From: an uncultured Methanoregulaceae archaeon
GTDB lineage: Archaea; Halobacteriota; Methanomicrobia; Methanomicrobiales; Methanospirillaceae
Length of the DNA: 64,000 bases
Assembly: GCA_963701095.1 (NCBI GenBank)
Contig: OY969564.1
Location: forward strand, 384,001-448,000
Direction of reading: 5' to 3'
The notes under the pieces were generated by a model. That model ran no database searches. It was given only the letters and a program-made list of their open reading frames with translations, and was not told the DNA's origin. Positions within the stretch are counted from its first letter, which is position 1. The number at the start of each line of letters is the position of its first letter. Positions 53,405-64,000 of this stretch are shown here, piece after piece. Both the position numbers and the translations under genes were made by a program.

Positions 53405-54839
53405 TCAATCACCCTGATCTTCGGGAATGGCCCATGAAGGTTTTTTGAATTTCATAAAGACCAGCGGCGGTACTGCAAGGAGGAATGTCCCGAGGAGGTA
53501 CTGCACCGACATAGATCGGGATGTTTGTGAAAAATGACGGAGGAATAAGTCCTACAATAAATGCAAATACGACACCGAACCCTCCAATACCCCCAACAAT
53601 CCAGATCCCCGTCATACCGCCGGGGATCTTAAACGGGCGTGGCTGATCCGGTTTACTGTACCGGAGCTTGATGAGGGCCGCAAAAATCAGCACGTACATG
53701 ATGCAGAGCAGTTCTGTCGTCATTGCCGACATGATCCAGTATGCCTGGTTGACAGATGGCAAGATAATATACAGGAGAGAGATTGCAGAACCGATGAGAG
53801 CTTGGGTGACAAGTATTGCAACTGGCGACCCGTACTTGTTATGACGGTTGAAAACCTGTGGCATATTCCCGTCTAAGGCCACAACTCCGAGGCCTTTTGC
53901 AGGACCGATGAGCCAGGCTGCGAGGAGCACCACTCCGCCAAGCGTCAGGAGGATTGCCATAGGTGCCACAAGCCACGTGAGATTAACTGCTCCAAGGAAG
54001 TACTGGATGGCCTGCATGGTACCGGATGCGAGACCGAGCTGCGTTGTGGGGATGACAAATGCTATCGCGAGTGTCCCGAAAACCGAACAAAGAAAAATAA
54101 TAACTGCCGATAATGCCATCGCTTTTGGATAATCTTTCTGCGGATTCCGGGTCTCAAGCGCATGGAACCCGGCCATCTCCATTCCCGCAAACATAAGAAT
54201 GATCGTAGAGAAAAATGGCACCGTTGTTAAGTTTATTTCCGGGAGCATTGCCCCCAAAGAGAATACGGGAAGTACTATTGCGGCGCCGGTAATGACCCAC
54301 CAGAGGCCGAATAGAATGATAAGAACTGTCGGGAAAATACTCCCTGCCACAACGCCGAAATTGGAAAATTTTGAGGTTACATCAGGCCCGAAATATGCGA
54401 TTGCAGTCGTACCCCAGAATACGATCATCATCACACTGAGCATATAGACCGGATTATTTGCAAGATCCGGGGTAAGAGCAAAGGCAAGGGTCGAGGCAAT
54501 GAAGGCAAGTACAGTGGGAAACCAGACAAGGTTGTTGGACCAATCGCAGAAGATCGCTATAAAACCTCCTTTTTCCCCAAAGGCCTGTTTCACCCATGCA
54601 TAGACACCACCGCCTTCGGGCCATCCGGTGGCGAGTTCTGCACCGGCAAGCGATATAGGGACGAGAAATAATATTGTTCCTATGACGTACCACCCTACAC
54701 TCGACCATCCGAACTCTGCCATGGAGGGAAAATTCCTGATACTCAACACCGCGGCGACGTTAATCATCGCGAGGGCAAAGACGCCCAGTATTTTCATATT
54801 AACAGGTTTTTTTGTTTTTGCAACGTTATCTTCGGTCAT
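53405..54839 (-). CDS. APC-family amino acid/amine antiporter (GadC-like); C-terminal frameshift near 53498
   Basis: About 12 TM, AELAT.WP.GGVYAWV..AFG, FAGMEM; removing one base restores VLLGTFLLAVPPLVFMKFKKPSW. Confidence 0.9.
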
Positions 54840-57142
54840 GATTTCTCCTTGATACAGAAAATCCTATACTCTCCATTCACGTATTCGACACCGTGAGTGT
54901 CATGGGTAAAACCGGGGAACCGTGCATCGAAATTCTGGAGTGCGAGCAGGTACTGGAGTACCGGTTCATCAGCTCTGCCCGTCCGTTCTCCCGGAAGGAG
55001 TAAAGGAATACCCGGGGGATAGGGGACAATACCGGTTGCGACGATCTTGTCTCCCATCTTTGCTACTGGCACCTGTTCAACTTCACCTTTCACGAGGTGT
55101 TTGTATGCTTCGGCAAATGTGATGGCCGGTTGTGGAAGAAGACCGTATGCTTTTTCAAGCAAAATTCCCTGCCCGTTTTCCCGCATGAAGCCATGCATAT
55201 CAGCTACGAGATCCTGGAGGGTCATTTTCCCGTACCGGTCCGGGTATTGTGTTGTAAGGTCGGGGAATATCTCGTCAAGCGGAGAATTCTCGTCATAATG
55301 GCGCTTGAACTCAAAGAGTTCAGATACGAGAGTCCCCCACTTTCCTTTGGTAACTCCCATCGAGAAAAGAAACAGGATGATATAATCCCCGGATTTCTCA
55401 TTGATGATACCACGGGTATCAAGGAATTTTACAACAATTGCTGCCGGGATCCCCCATGCCTCGAGAGATCCGTCGGGCGCCACCCCAGGAGTAACGACAG
55501 TAACTTTGATAGGATCAAGCATGCAGTACCCGTCTTCAAGCCCCGAAAAACCATGCCATGCATCGTTCGGGTGCAGGACCCAGCAGGAAGGGTCGTCGCG
55601 TAGCAGATCATGATGAGCATCGGCAAAAGGAACTGTCTTTCCTGTTTTGGGATCGGTAACGGTATCTGGCTGCCACATGTCAAACCACCAGTCTTTTGAC
55701 CCCTTTTCTTTTTCGAGTTCACGGGAAATCCTTGCCATTATTACGCGGAACCGGATTGCCTCGTCAATGCATTCCGTTGTCAGAATTAAACCCGAGGGGC
55801 CATCCATCATCTTTGAGGAGACGTCGAGTGAAGCGATAATGGGGTAAAAGGGTGAGGTCGAAGTGTGCATCATAAATGCTTCGTTAAACCGTTCGTGCTC
55901 CACGGGGGATCTTCCGTTCCGCACATGGACCATAGATGCCTGAGAGAGTGCCGCGAGGAGTTTGTGTGTTGACTGTGTTGCAAATACCGTGGGACTATTG
56001 GAGTTTTTTATTTCCTTTCGCATGGCGAAACGCTCCCGGTACAGGGGATTAAACCGGGCATATGCAAACCAGGCCTCATCATAATGAATACGATCAACAA
56101 TCCTACCAAGTAACTCTTCAACCCGGGTGGCTCGATAACAAAGACCATCATACGTCGAATTCGTTACAACTGCTAGTGTGGGATTTGGCTTATTTACCGC
56201 CCGGGTCAACGGGCATGCTTTAATTTTTGCTGTTACTGTATCTGGCAGCATCTCGTTCGGGTGAATAGGACCGATGATCCCAAACCTATTCCGTGTCGGA
56301 ATCAAGTATACCGGGATTGAATGCGTCATAGTGACCGCATGCTCTACCGATTTGTGACAGTTTCGATCTATGAGAACAATATCACCATCGGTAACACAAC
56401 CCATGAAGACTACCTTATTTGCTGTGGAGGTTCCGTTGGTCACGAAGTACGTCCTGTCTGCCCCGAACACTTTTGCAGCATACTTCTCTGCTTCACCAAT
56501 AGGTCCTGAGTGATCGAGGAGAGAGCCCAATTCGCTTACCGAAATGGAGAGATCAGACCTTAGCAGATGTTCTCCGAAAAAATTGTAAAATGCCCGCCCG
56601 GCTGCCGATTTGCGGAATGCGGTTCCACCGGCATGGCCTGGAGTATGCCATGAATATTCAAAATCCTCTGAGAAGGTAGCGAGAGAGCCAAAAAATGGCG
56701 GGAGAAGGTGGGCACGGTAACGCCTGGAGGCTGCCCGTATCCGTCCAGCAATAAACTCCGGTGAATCTTCCATTACCCAGACATATTCACTGACCTCACG
56801 GATCATGTCTAAAGTGAGGGTCGTGGGAGATTCTTTCGTGGGTTCCCCCATCAGGAAGATAGGGATCTCCTCGTTCCTCTTCCGGATCGCATTTATGAGT
56901 GCCACAGTCGCATTATGGCGATGTGGCGTATCTCCGCCAAGGTTCCAGTTGATGAATACGCTATCAGATTCAGGAAGGCTGGCAAGAGCACCACTTGCAT
57001 TATCGACTAATCCAACATCGATGATATGAATGCCGAAATCTGTTAATCCATCCATGATCCGCCGGATCGCGTTTCCTGCTGGGGTATCCGTCTTATGGAT
57101 ATCATCAATGAGGGAAACGGTCAGGATTTCTTCGGCGTTCAT
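54836..57142 (-). CDS. Orn/Lys/Arg decarboxylase (PLP fold I, wing domain; AdiA-like)
   Basis: WHTPGHAGG, VTNGTSTAN, DRNCHKS, DEAW, TQSTHKLL (PLP Lys), PYPPGIP. Confidence 0.93.
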   Translation of the reverse strand: MNAEEILTVSLIDDIHKTDTPAGNAIRRIMDGLTDFGIHIIDVGLVDNASGALASLPESDSVFINWNLGGDTPHRHNATVALINAIRKRNEEIPIFLMGEPTKESPTTLTLDMIREVSEYVWVMEDSPEFIAGRIRAASRRYRAHLLPPFFGSLATFSEDFEYSWHTPGHAGGTAFRKSAAGRAFYNFFGEHLLRSDLSISVSELGSLLDHSGPIGEAEKYAAKVFGADRTYFVTNGTSTANKVVFMGCVTDGDIVLIDRNCHKSVEHAVTMTHSIPVYLIPTRNRFGIIGPIHPNEMLPDTVTAKIKACPLTRAVNKPNPTLAVVTNSTYDGLCYRATRVEELLGRIVDRIHYDEAWFAYARFNPLYRERFAMRKEIKNSNSPTVFATQSTHKLLAALSQASMVHVRNGRSPVEHERFNEAFMMHTSTSPFYPIIASLDVSSKMMDGPSGLILTTECIDEAIRFRVIMARISRELEKEKGSKDWWFDMWQPDTVTDPKTGKTVPFADAHHDLLRDDPSCWVLHPNDAWHGFSGLEDGYCMLDPIKVTVVTPGVAPDGSLEAWGIPAAIVVKFLDTRGIINEKSGDYIILFLFSMGVTKGKWGTLVSELFEFKRHYDENSPLDEIFPDLTTQYPDRYGKMTLQDLVADMHGFMRENGQGILLEKAYGLLPQPAITFAEAYKHLVKGEVEQVPVAKMGDKIVATGIVPYPPGIPLLLPGERTGRADEPVLQYLLALQNFDARFPGFTHDTHGVEYVNGEYRIFCIKEKS

Positions 57143-57565
57143 AATCCACTCCTCGTGTAGATGGCAAAAAACCTTGTATCTTGTAAAATATCGAAATGGA
57201 AAATGAAGAAACCTGTTTTTTCCAGATCTTCGGATATCCGGATCTTCACATAATCAGCGGTGACAATTCCTGCAATTATCATCCAATTTACAGGCCCATT
57301 CAAAATGGTTACGCGTTGTCTCTTTTGGATCATTTGTTTTAAACGCAATTTATTCAACTCCCTTCCCCGATTGTATTTTTTCGAAAACTCTTAAAAATAT
57401 CAAAAATCTCCGTCATTCTAATTATGGATTGCATATATCCGGTGATTATTTATACCGTTCCGGTTATTACAAAATCTGCAATAATTCAAGAAAAAAAGCC
57501 AGGTATTCTGAACCCGAAGGCAACGTTTCTCAAACAAAAATGAATTTCCACTTAGAATACTCGTA

Positions 57566-57946
57566 TTAATCGGAGAGGTATTTTTCGGCGTATTTCTGGA
57601 GATAAGTCGTAATATAAGGCGTCACTATCGGAATAATAACCGGGATCATTTCACGGATAAGATCCGTATTATTCGTATCCTTCTGCCGGGTGACGCGAGA
57701 TCTTTGTTGTGCTTCCTTTGTCGGAGCACGTGATGTCATCAGTTGGAATATCCCGTAAACGGCTATTCCGGCAACCACTGCTGTGGCAGCTGTGGCAATT
57801 GGGTGATCGCGTACCGTTTTTCCCACAGTTTTGCAAACACTAAATGGATTCTGGATTACGGATTGTTTCAGCTCACTGTAAGATTGAGCAATCAACGATT
57901 CAGTGACAAGGAGATCTTCTTTTGTAATACGCCTATTGCTTTCCAT
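57566..57946 (-). CDS. Hypothetical membrane-anchored protein (YqjK/DUF883-like)
   Basis: VRDHPIATAATAVVAG; overlaps the upstream gene. Confidence 0.65.
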   Translation of the reverse strand: MESNRRITKEDLLVTESLIAQSYSELKQSVIQNPFSVCKTVGKTVRDHPIATAATAVVAGIAVYGIFQLMTSRAPTKEAQQRSRVTRQKDTNNTDLIREMIPVIIPIVTPYITTYLQKYAEKYLSD

Positions 57947-58307
57947 TTTTTATCATATCCTTCGCAAGGGGAGTGTTCAGAACGATTTTGTTCGATAGGA
58001 CCAGATGTGCCGCTACAGTTCCTACTCCACACATGATAGCTCCCGTGATGAGGAGGGCCGCCCAAAGAGGAACTAATGTAGCGATAAAAAGGATAATACC
58101 TACAACCAAGATTATGATTCCAGCTACCAGTGAGGTGAGAATGACCGATAAATACATTAACTGTTTAAAAAGGAAGTTCACAGGTTCAAACACATAGTCC
58201 TGCAGAAACAAATCTGTTTTTTGCCGCAGGTAGAGATCTATATATTTGATTATCCTGACGAACTGTAATTCTATCGTATCTCCTTCGGTTTCGGCAGCTG
58301 AACCCAT
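57933..58307 (-). CDS. Phage-holin-family (YqjE-like) 2-TM membrane protein
   Basis: Two TM helices with LVPLWAALLITG; positioned after DUF883. Confidence 0.65.
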   Translation of the reverse strand: MGSAAETEGDTIELQFVRIIKYIDLYLRQKTDLFLQDYVFEPVNFLFKQLMYLSVILTSLVAGIIILVVGIILFIATLVPLWAALLITGAIMCGVGTVAAHLVLSNKIVLNTPLAKDMIKNGKQ

Positions 58308-58318
58308 AGAAACCTTCG

Positions 58319-58627
58319 TTAATCTCGTGATTTGAAGATGATCATGCCAAGGAGAATACCTATTCCTGCTGCAACTAACACCGCAGGTATTGGATGATCA
58401 CATATAACATGTTCTACAGGTTCCACGTGTTTGTGATATGACGTTTCCATATTATGATAGCCGTGGCCAACATCTGCCTTAAACTGGTTTACCCGGTCCT
58501 CGACATCCTGCAGGATGGCCCTTACATCCTCTCCTCTCGCCGATACATCAGCTATCCGCAGCTTGCGGGCAGCCTCTTCCAGAGCTTCAGCCGTCTGGTT
58601 TTTTAATTCTACAGTATCATGTGCCAT
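58319..58627 (-). CDS. DUF883/ElaB/YqjD-like tail-anchored protein
   Basis: Helical N-terminus, C-terminal ICDHPIPAVLVAAGIGILLGMI. Confidence 0.8.
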   Translation of the reverse strand: MAHDTVELKNQTAEALEEAARKLRIADVSARGEDVRAILQDVEDRVNQFKADVGHGYHNMETSYHKHVEPVEHVICDHPIPAVLVAAGIGILLGMIIFKSRD

Positions 58628-58968
58628 AGTTATACACCTTCACCTGGAGTTTGCATCATTTTCATGAACATTTTTTTCAACTCCCTTCCCCGATATGGTT
58701 TTGAAGTGATTAGCATTCGCTTTTTTATCCATACCAGAGTTATCGTCCTTATAGTTGGAAAGAGTATAAGGATTACCTGACGTTGCAAAATCTGAATCGA
58801 TCAGAATTTCCGTTCAGGTAAGAAATATTATAAATTTATTCATTCCGCAGATCTGTTGAAAAAATATCAGTTCTGCATTTATGTATTATATGATAATTTT
58901 GAATTTTCATTCAAGGATCCGACATGCTACTAGTTGAAACATTTGAAAGGTATCGAAAAAAAATTGGA

Positions 58969-60123
58969 TTATTTGCTCTTTTTGTGTAGCATTACGACTG
59001 CGTAGCAAATACCAATTGAGGAGAGTATTGTAACTACTTCTATAGGGGATTTTGTGGGTAATGCGGTAGGAGATGACGATGATGTTGATGGTGTAAGTAT
59101 CCCCGACGTATCGACACTGCCGCCTGAAGGAACGTTCTTCGATACCTGCCAGTCCTCGTACCCGGTCAACCTTAATAAAACTATGTGGGTTCCCTGCGGA
59201 ACGTTCGTTAGGGAAAGCGGTGTGACGCCTTTAAATACATTATCTAAATAAATGTAGGCACCTGCCGGATTTGATTCGACAGTGATCACGCCGTTTGTGA
59301 TCGGCGTCGGGCCTGGCGTTACAGGAACCATAGTAGTCTGAATAGTATATGTTGATCCTGCTGTAACCGTAGCAGTTGTTGTGTATGTCTGGTAATTCGC
59401 AAGAGTAATACTGACCGTATAGGATCCTGGGCTGAGCTGGGTTACGTAGAGTGGCGATGATGCCCCATTAAACCCTCCTACGGTAATACCCTCATAATTA
59501 CCATCGACGTACACCGCTCCTCCGAGAGGGGTTGTCGTGATCTGGAGATCACCATAACCTGATGCCTGAGTGTATGGACTCAGTGTTTCTATAAGGTTGG
59601 TGGTTTCGCCGCTTGCTATACTAATGGGAGCAGTGAAATCGAAATACCCGGCCTTTTTGAGAATCAAGGTATGTGTAGCTGGATTAAGGGCAATAGTCTG
59701 TGGTGTTGCACCATAATACACATTATCAATCCAGATATCCGCATTGGAAGGGCTGGAATCAAGGTTAAGAATCCCGGTCTGAGATGGGCTTGTGACGAGG
59801 TTTACGTTAATCGATGTAATTTCTCCGGCGTCAGGAGCGTAGACCGTTTGTGAGGATTGCGTATAGCCCGCCTGGTAGACTGTAAGGGAATGATAACTAT
59901 TTGCGTTCTCAACGAATGTAGCTGGGGTAGCCTGACAATACGATTGGTCAAGACATGCCAATGCGTTGGACGGAGTTGATGAAACCTGAAGAGACGATGT
60001 GCTTGGGGCTGCTGAAACTGGTACCATACAGATCGCTACAGCAAAACTGAGGATCGTAATAAGGAGCAACGATCGTGAGTTCTTAAATTTTAGAGGCATG
60101 CAGGAGACTGATGTTAAAAGCAT
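58969..60123 (-). CDS. PEGA-domain cell-surface protein
   Basis: Signal peptide, four PEGA repeats (SSPSNADIWIDNVYYGATP, SNPAGAYIYLDNVFKGVTP), TKSP-TM-basic tail. Confidence 0.9.
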   Translation of the reverse strand: MLLTSVSCMPLKFKNSRSLLLITILSFAVAICMVPVSAAPSTSSLQVSSTPSNALACLDQSYCQATPATFVENANSYHSLTVYQAGYTQSSQTVYAPDAGEITSINVNLVTSPSQTGILNLDSSPSNADIWIDNVYYGATPQTIALNPATHTLILKKAGYFDFTAPISIASGETTNLIETLSPYTQASGYGDLQITTTPLGGAVYVDGNYEGITVGGFNGASSPLYVTQLSPGSYTVSITLANYQTYTTTATVTAGSTYTIQTTMVPVTPGPTPITNGVITVESNPAGAYIYLDNVFKGVTPLSLTNVPQGTHIVLLRLTGYEDWQVSKNVPSGGSVDTSGILTPSTSSSSPTALPTKSPIEVVTILSSIGICYAVVMLHKKSK

Positions 60124-60547
60124 AATAATATATCCCGATTTTCTTTTTTTTGCAAATTGTCAAATCCATACTGACACATTTTAGTTTTATTTTTGGAAGA
60201 TGTCCTGGGAATCGGGCTATATGAACCATATTCATCCAATTACGATTCTATCGATTTTGGGATCTGCACATATCCTATATGAAATGTGTTATGGGGACAC
60301 TTTACCCGGATGAAACGCAATCAGAGAAATAATCAAAAATTGTATGTTTCAAAAATTGCAAACTTGCAAAATATTTATTAAATTTATACTAGATCTTATG
60401 GCGTTCAGGAAAAAAAATACTTTTCAGATAATATCGAAATATGAAGATCGGTGGGAGTGAAATCTGTGAATAATCAGAGAAGAACCAGATTTCGGTTCGT
60501 AAAGTACCAAGGCACTTAAAAATTTAATCTCTGAATGTGGGGAAAAA

Positions 60548-62893
60548 ATGGTCGAAGGTAATTGGTCTAATGAAAAAATCCGATGGATGGAAAGTTTTCC
60601 TGATATGAACCCGAATCCAATTGTTGAAATGGATGCAAACGGGGCAATCACTTTTTTCAATTCAGCAACTCAAAAAACTCTGAATAATCTGGGATTTCCT
60701 GAAAATCCCGCAATATTTATTCCAGATGATAAAGTGGAAATATTACGCCTCCTTAAGGATAGTGCTGAATCACAGGTTTCCAGAGAAATTATCCTTAAAG
60801 ATGCGTGTTTTTCGGAAAATATTTTATTTTTCCGCGAGTTCCAGACGGTCAGAATTTATGTAGTAAACATTACCAAACAAAGAAAGGCAGAATGGGAATT
60901 AGTCAGAAAAAACGATGAAATCACTGTACTTAATGAAAGACTCACGAGACTCCATAATGAACTTGGTCTGATCTTAAAATACAACAAAAAGTGTGAAGAG
61001 GTACTGCACCACCGGGAGGAAACCTTCCGCCAGGCTCACGAGTTTTTAGAGACCGTAACAAAAGGGACCGGTGTGAATATCGCTATACAAGACGTGAATT
61101 TACGTTACTTGTTTTTTAATAACGAATACAAAAAAGAAATTAAGCGACTTACGGGAAAGAATCTCACTTTAGGCACCAGTATGGTAGAATTGTTCAGGGA
61201 AAAGCCGGAAGAGCAAAAGGAAGCCATGATCGAGTGGAGTAAGGTACTCCACGGTGAGAATATAAATAAAATACAAGAATATGGAGATCCTGGGAAGTCC
61301 CACAAAGTCTATCATGTAATTCATATCCCTATCAGGGATGCCAAAGAAAATATTATTGGCGCGGGTGAACTAGCTTACGATATAACTGAACAGGTTCAGA
61401 TTCAGGATAAACTTCGTGAAACGAAAGAATATTTTGATAACCTTATAACGTATGCTAACGCCCCTATTATTGTTTGGAACCCTGAACTCCGCGTTACTCT
61501 TTTCAACCATGCTTTTGAGCATCTAACCGGTCGAAAAGCAAAGGAAGTCATCGGAAAACCATTTTCCATTCTTTTCCCTGAGAACTATCTCGATACGGTG
61601 ACCGCTCTTATCCAAAAGACTCTGGAAGGAGAACGTTGGGAAAGTGTCGAAATCCCCGTTCTCCATAAGAATGGTAAGGTCAGGACAGTACTTTGGAACT
61701 CTGCCTCTATTTTTGGTAATGATGGAAAAACAATTGTTTCAACTATTGCACAAGGGCAGGATATCACTGATCGGAAAAAGATAGAATATGAGTATAAATT
61801 GCGAGCAATCGGATATGCAAAAATAAACGAGACGCTCCAGGAAGAGATCCTTCAACGGACGATATCAGATAAAACGCTAAAAAAAACTCTTTCTCTTCTC
61901 AATGCATCACTTGAATCAACGGCTGACGGAATCATCGTCGTCGATCTGAAGGGAAATATTACTAGTTATAACCAGAATTTTGTGAACATGTGGGACATCC
62001 CCCCAAGGTTATTGGAATCGAGGGAATGGAAGGGGGTAGTTAATCAAATAGTGACCCAACTTAAGAATCCTGATGAGTTTCAATCTAGCATCAAAGATCT
62101 TCAATCTTTCTCGGGACGTGAAAGCTTTGATATGATCGAATTTAAAGATGGAAAAATTTTTGAATGCTATTCAAAACCCCAGAAAATAGAAGATACGCTA
62201 GTCGGCAGAGTATGGAGCTTCCGGGACGTTACCGATCGCAGACAAGCAGAGGAAAAACTTTTATCTTCCATTCAGGAAAAGGAAATCCTGCTTCGAGAGA
62301 TTCAGCACCGCGTAAAGAATAATCTCGAGCTGATATCCAGTGTGCTTGATATGACACGGATGCGTACTCGTGATGAATTAACGAATGACCTACTTACCGA
62401 TATAATGCTTAAAATCCAGACCATTGCACAGTTTCATTCCCGCCTGTATGAAAGCGAGCAGCTGGGGAAATTCAATATAACCAGTCAATTCAGGGATCAG
62501 GTTAATTTACTATCGAATATTTATTTCAAACCGGGGCAGGAAATTAATTGTGAAATTAATTCTCCGGACATATTTCTCACACTCGACCAAGCGTTACCTT
62601 GTGCACTTATAGTCAATGAAATACTCTCAAATGCCTATAAACATGCCTTTACTGGGAGAAAACAAGGAGTGATTGAAATTTCCGGATCTCAGGAGGATGG
62701 GCAAAACCACCTTACTTTCCGGGATAATGGTATTGGAATACCGGATACGGTGAATTTAGATCGTTCTACCAGCCTTGGACTTAAGCTGATCAGGACACTC
62801 GTGCAACACCAGCTGAGAGGCTCTTTAAAGATAAACATCCAAGGCGGAACTGAAATTTCGGTAGAATTCCCTTTCATTCAAGGCGGGACATGA
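60548..62893 (+). CDS. Multi-PAS HisKA_2 histidine kinase
   Basis: PAS domains, [30 protein letters not shown]. Confidence 0.92.
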   Translation: MVEGNWSNEKIRWMESFPDMNPNPIVEMDANGAITFFNSATQKTLNNLGFPENPAIFIPDDKVEILRLLKDSAESQVSREIILKDACFSENILFFREFQTVRIYVVNITKQRKAEWELVRKNDEITVLNERLTRLHNELGLILKYNKKCEEVLHHREETFRQAHEFLETVTKGTGVNIAIQDVNLRYLFFNNEYKKEIKRLTGKNLTLGTSMVELFREKPEEQKEAMIEWSKVLHGENINKIQEYGDPGKSHKVYHVIHIPIRDAKENIIGAGELAYDITEQVQIQDKLRETKEYFDNLITYANAPIIVWNPELRVTLFNHAFEHLTGRKAKEVIGKPFSILFPENYLDTVTALIQKTLEGERWESVEIPVLHKNGKVRTVLWNSASIFGNDGKTIVSTIAQGQDITDRKKIEYEYKLRAIGYAKINETLQEEILQRTISDKTLKKTLSLLNASLESTADGIIVVDLKGNITSYNQNFVNMWDIPPRLLESREWKGVVNQIVTQLKNPDEFQSSIKDLQSFSGRESFDMIEFKDGKIFECYSKPQKIEDTLVGRVWSFRDVTDRRQAEEKLLSSIQEKEILLREIQHRVKNNLELISSVLDMTRMRTRDELTNDLLTDIMLKIQTIAQFHSRLYESEQLGKFNITSQFRDQVNLLSNIYFKPGQEINCEINSPDIFLTLDQALPCALIVNEILSNAYKHAFTGRKQGVIEISGSQEDGQNHLTFRDNGIGIPDTVNLDRSTSLGLKLIRTLVQHQLRGSLKINIQGGTEISVEFPFIQGGT

Positions 62894-62896
62894 GTC

Positions 62897-64000
62897 ATGT
62901 CAAAGATACTTGTTGTAGATGATGAAGCGCTTATTGCAATGCGCCTCGAAGAACGTCTAAGCAGTCTGGGATATACCGTTGTAGGCATGGCAGCCTCCGG
63001 AGAGGATGCAATTGATAAGGCACGAAGTACTCGACCAGATCTTGTTTTGATGGATATCGTTATGCCGGGAAGGATGAATGGGATCGATTCAGCAAAAATT
63101 ATATCAGATGAACTGGATATTCCGGTTGTTTTTATCACCGCATATGCCGACGACGAAATAATCAAAAAAGCAAAAAGTGTCCGACCGTATGGATATATTG
63201 TAAAACCCATCAATGAGCTCGAAATTAAGGCCGCCATTGAAGTGGCGCTGTTCCGGAAATCGGAAGAACAGGATCTGCAGAAATTACAAAAAATGGGTCG
63301 GGAAAACATTTCAACGGAGATGGTAACCTCCCAGAGTGCAGATGAAAGTCTTACTTACCTTGATATAACTGAAGAGAAAACCGTTCTATTAACAGATATT
63401 TTTACAGAAATCGGTTTATTTCTCTATACAGACCCTGATGCAAAAGAATCCATATTTAAATTTGTATTGGAAGAGGGAATAAAAAAGCGAGGACGCACAT
63501 TATTTTCTTACTCCAAGTCAACGATTCCGAAATATTTCCAAAATGAGATCCGGAAAAAGGAACTCTATACGTTCCGAATAAGAAGAAAAGAAGTTTATAA
63601 CCTTTTACCTATCCTTGAAAAATGTACCCAATCCCTATCGGACGATCCATCTCCAACAGCATCATTACAGATCCTTCTCGATTTTTCTGAACCTGAAGAG
63701 TTCGAAGATATTCTTTCTATCAAGGATTTGCTTCTTTCAAAAAAGAAGAATATGATCCCCGTATCAGGAATCATTGCCGTGAATATCGGGAATATGGATC
63801 ATCAACTGATAGCATCTTTGGCTGCAGGTATTCCCAAGATCATTGTTTCTACTGGTAAAGAGACCACTTTTTCATTCGCTCATAATTCATTTCCCGCAAA
63901 ATCCGTTTCCGTTGTTCCTCAGTCAACTATTGATTGCGTTATAAAAAAATCACTGGAGCCAGTAGTTCTTTCACTACTGGAAAAACCGATGTCCGGGTAT
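62897..64000 (+). CDS. Response regulator with probable C-terminal PadR-like wHTH (runs off the window)
   Basis: MSKILVVDDE...LMDIVMPG...YIVKP receiver; frame open to the end, finishing IKKSLEPVVLSLLEKPMSGY. Confidence 0.85.
   Translation, partial: MSKILVVDDEALIAMRLEERLSSLGYTVVGMAASGEDAIDKARSTRPDLVLMDIVMPGRMNGIDSAKIISDELDIPVVFITAYADDEIIKKAKSVRPYGYIVKPINELEIKAAIEVALFRKSEEQDLQKLQKMGRENISTEMVTSQSADESLTYLDITEEKTVLLTDIFTEIGLFLYTDPDAKESIFKFVLEEGIKKRGRTLFSYSKSTIPKYFQNEIRKKELYTFRIRRKEVYNLLPILEKCTQSLSDDPSPTASLQILLDFSEPEEFEDILSIKDLLLSKKKNMIPVSGIIAVNIGNMDHQLIASLAAGIPKIIVSTGKETTFSFAHNSFPAKSVSVVPQSTIDCVIKKSLEPVVLSLLEKPMSGY

Noticed and set aside
303..63309. Numerous antisense and alternate-frame ORFs in the track (e.g. 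13624..14355, 39210..39917, 39934..40632, 62878..63309)
   Set aside because: They overlap well-supported genes and carry no recognisable motifs

Overview
Archaeal DNA, most likely from a Methanomicrobiales methanogen (Methanoregula/Methanospirillum-like); this is inferred from the REC-multiPAS-ITRHD histidine kinases, PKD/PEGA surface proteins and cytoplasmic MCPs. Most of the window is a signal-transduction cluster of about ten histidine kinases, several receivers, two MCPs, CheC and CheW. It carries two near-identical IS256-family copies, each interrupting a signalling gene. A small defence-like block (4TM-Schlafen/AlbA_2 plus an AbiEi/AbiEii pair with a palindromic operator) lies just left of the most unusual region: a ~8 kb integrase-less plasmid/virus-like segment (~24.5-32.8 kb). 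That segment has an MCM-like AAA+/wHTH Rep, an inverted iteron array around an AT-rich core, a palindromic 10-mer array, an RHH-like regulator, two hairpin-rich non-coding tracts and a packed operon of ~11 tiny orphan ORFs. Its right end truncates a CDGSH Fe-S gene. The right third holds a stress cluster (DUF1328, LEA-like, DUF883/holin-like trio, Orn/Lys/Arg decarboxylase with antiporter), surface proteins and a REC-PadR-like regulator that runs off the end. Several frameshifts sit beside GTAC/AGCT motifs and look like long-read errors. All assignments come from reading motifs by eye; no database searches were run.
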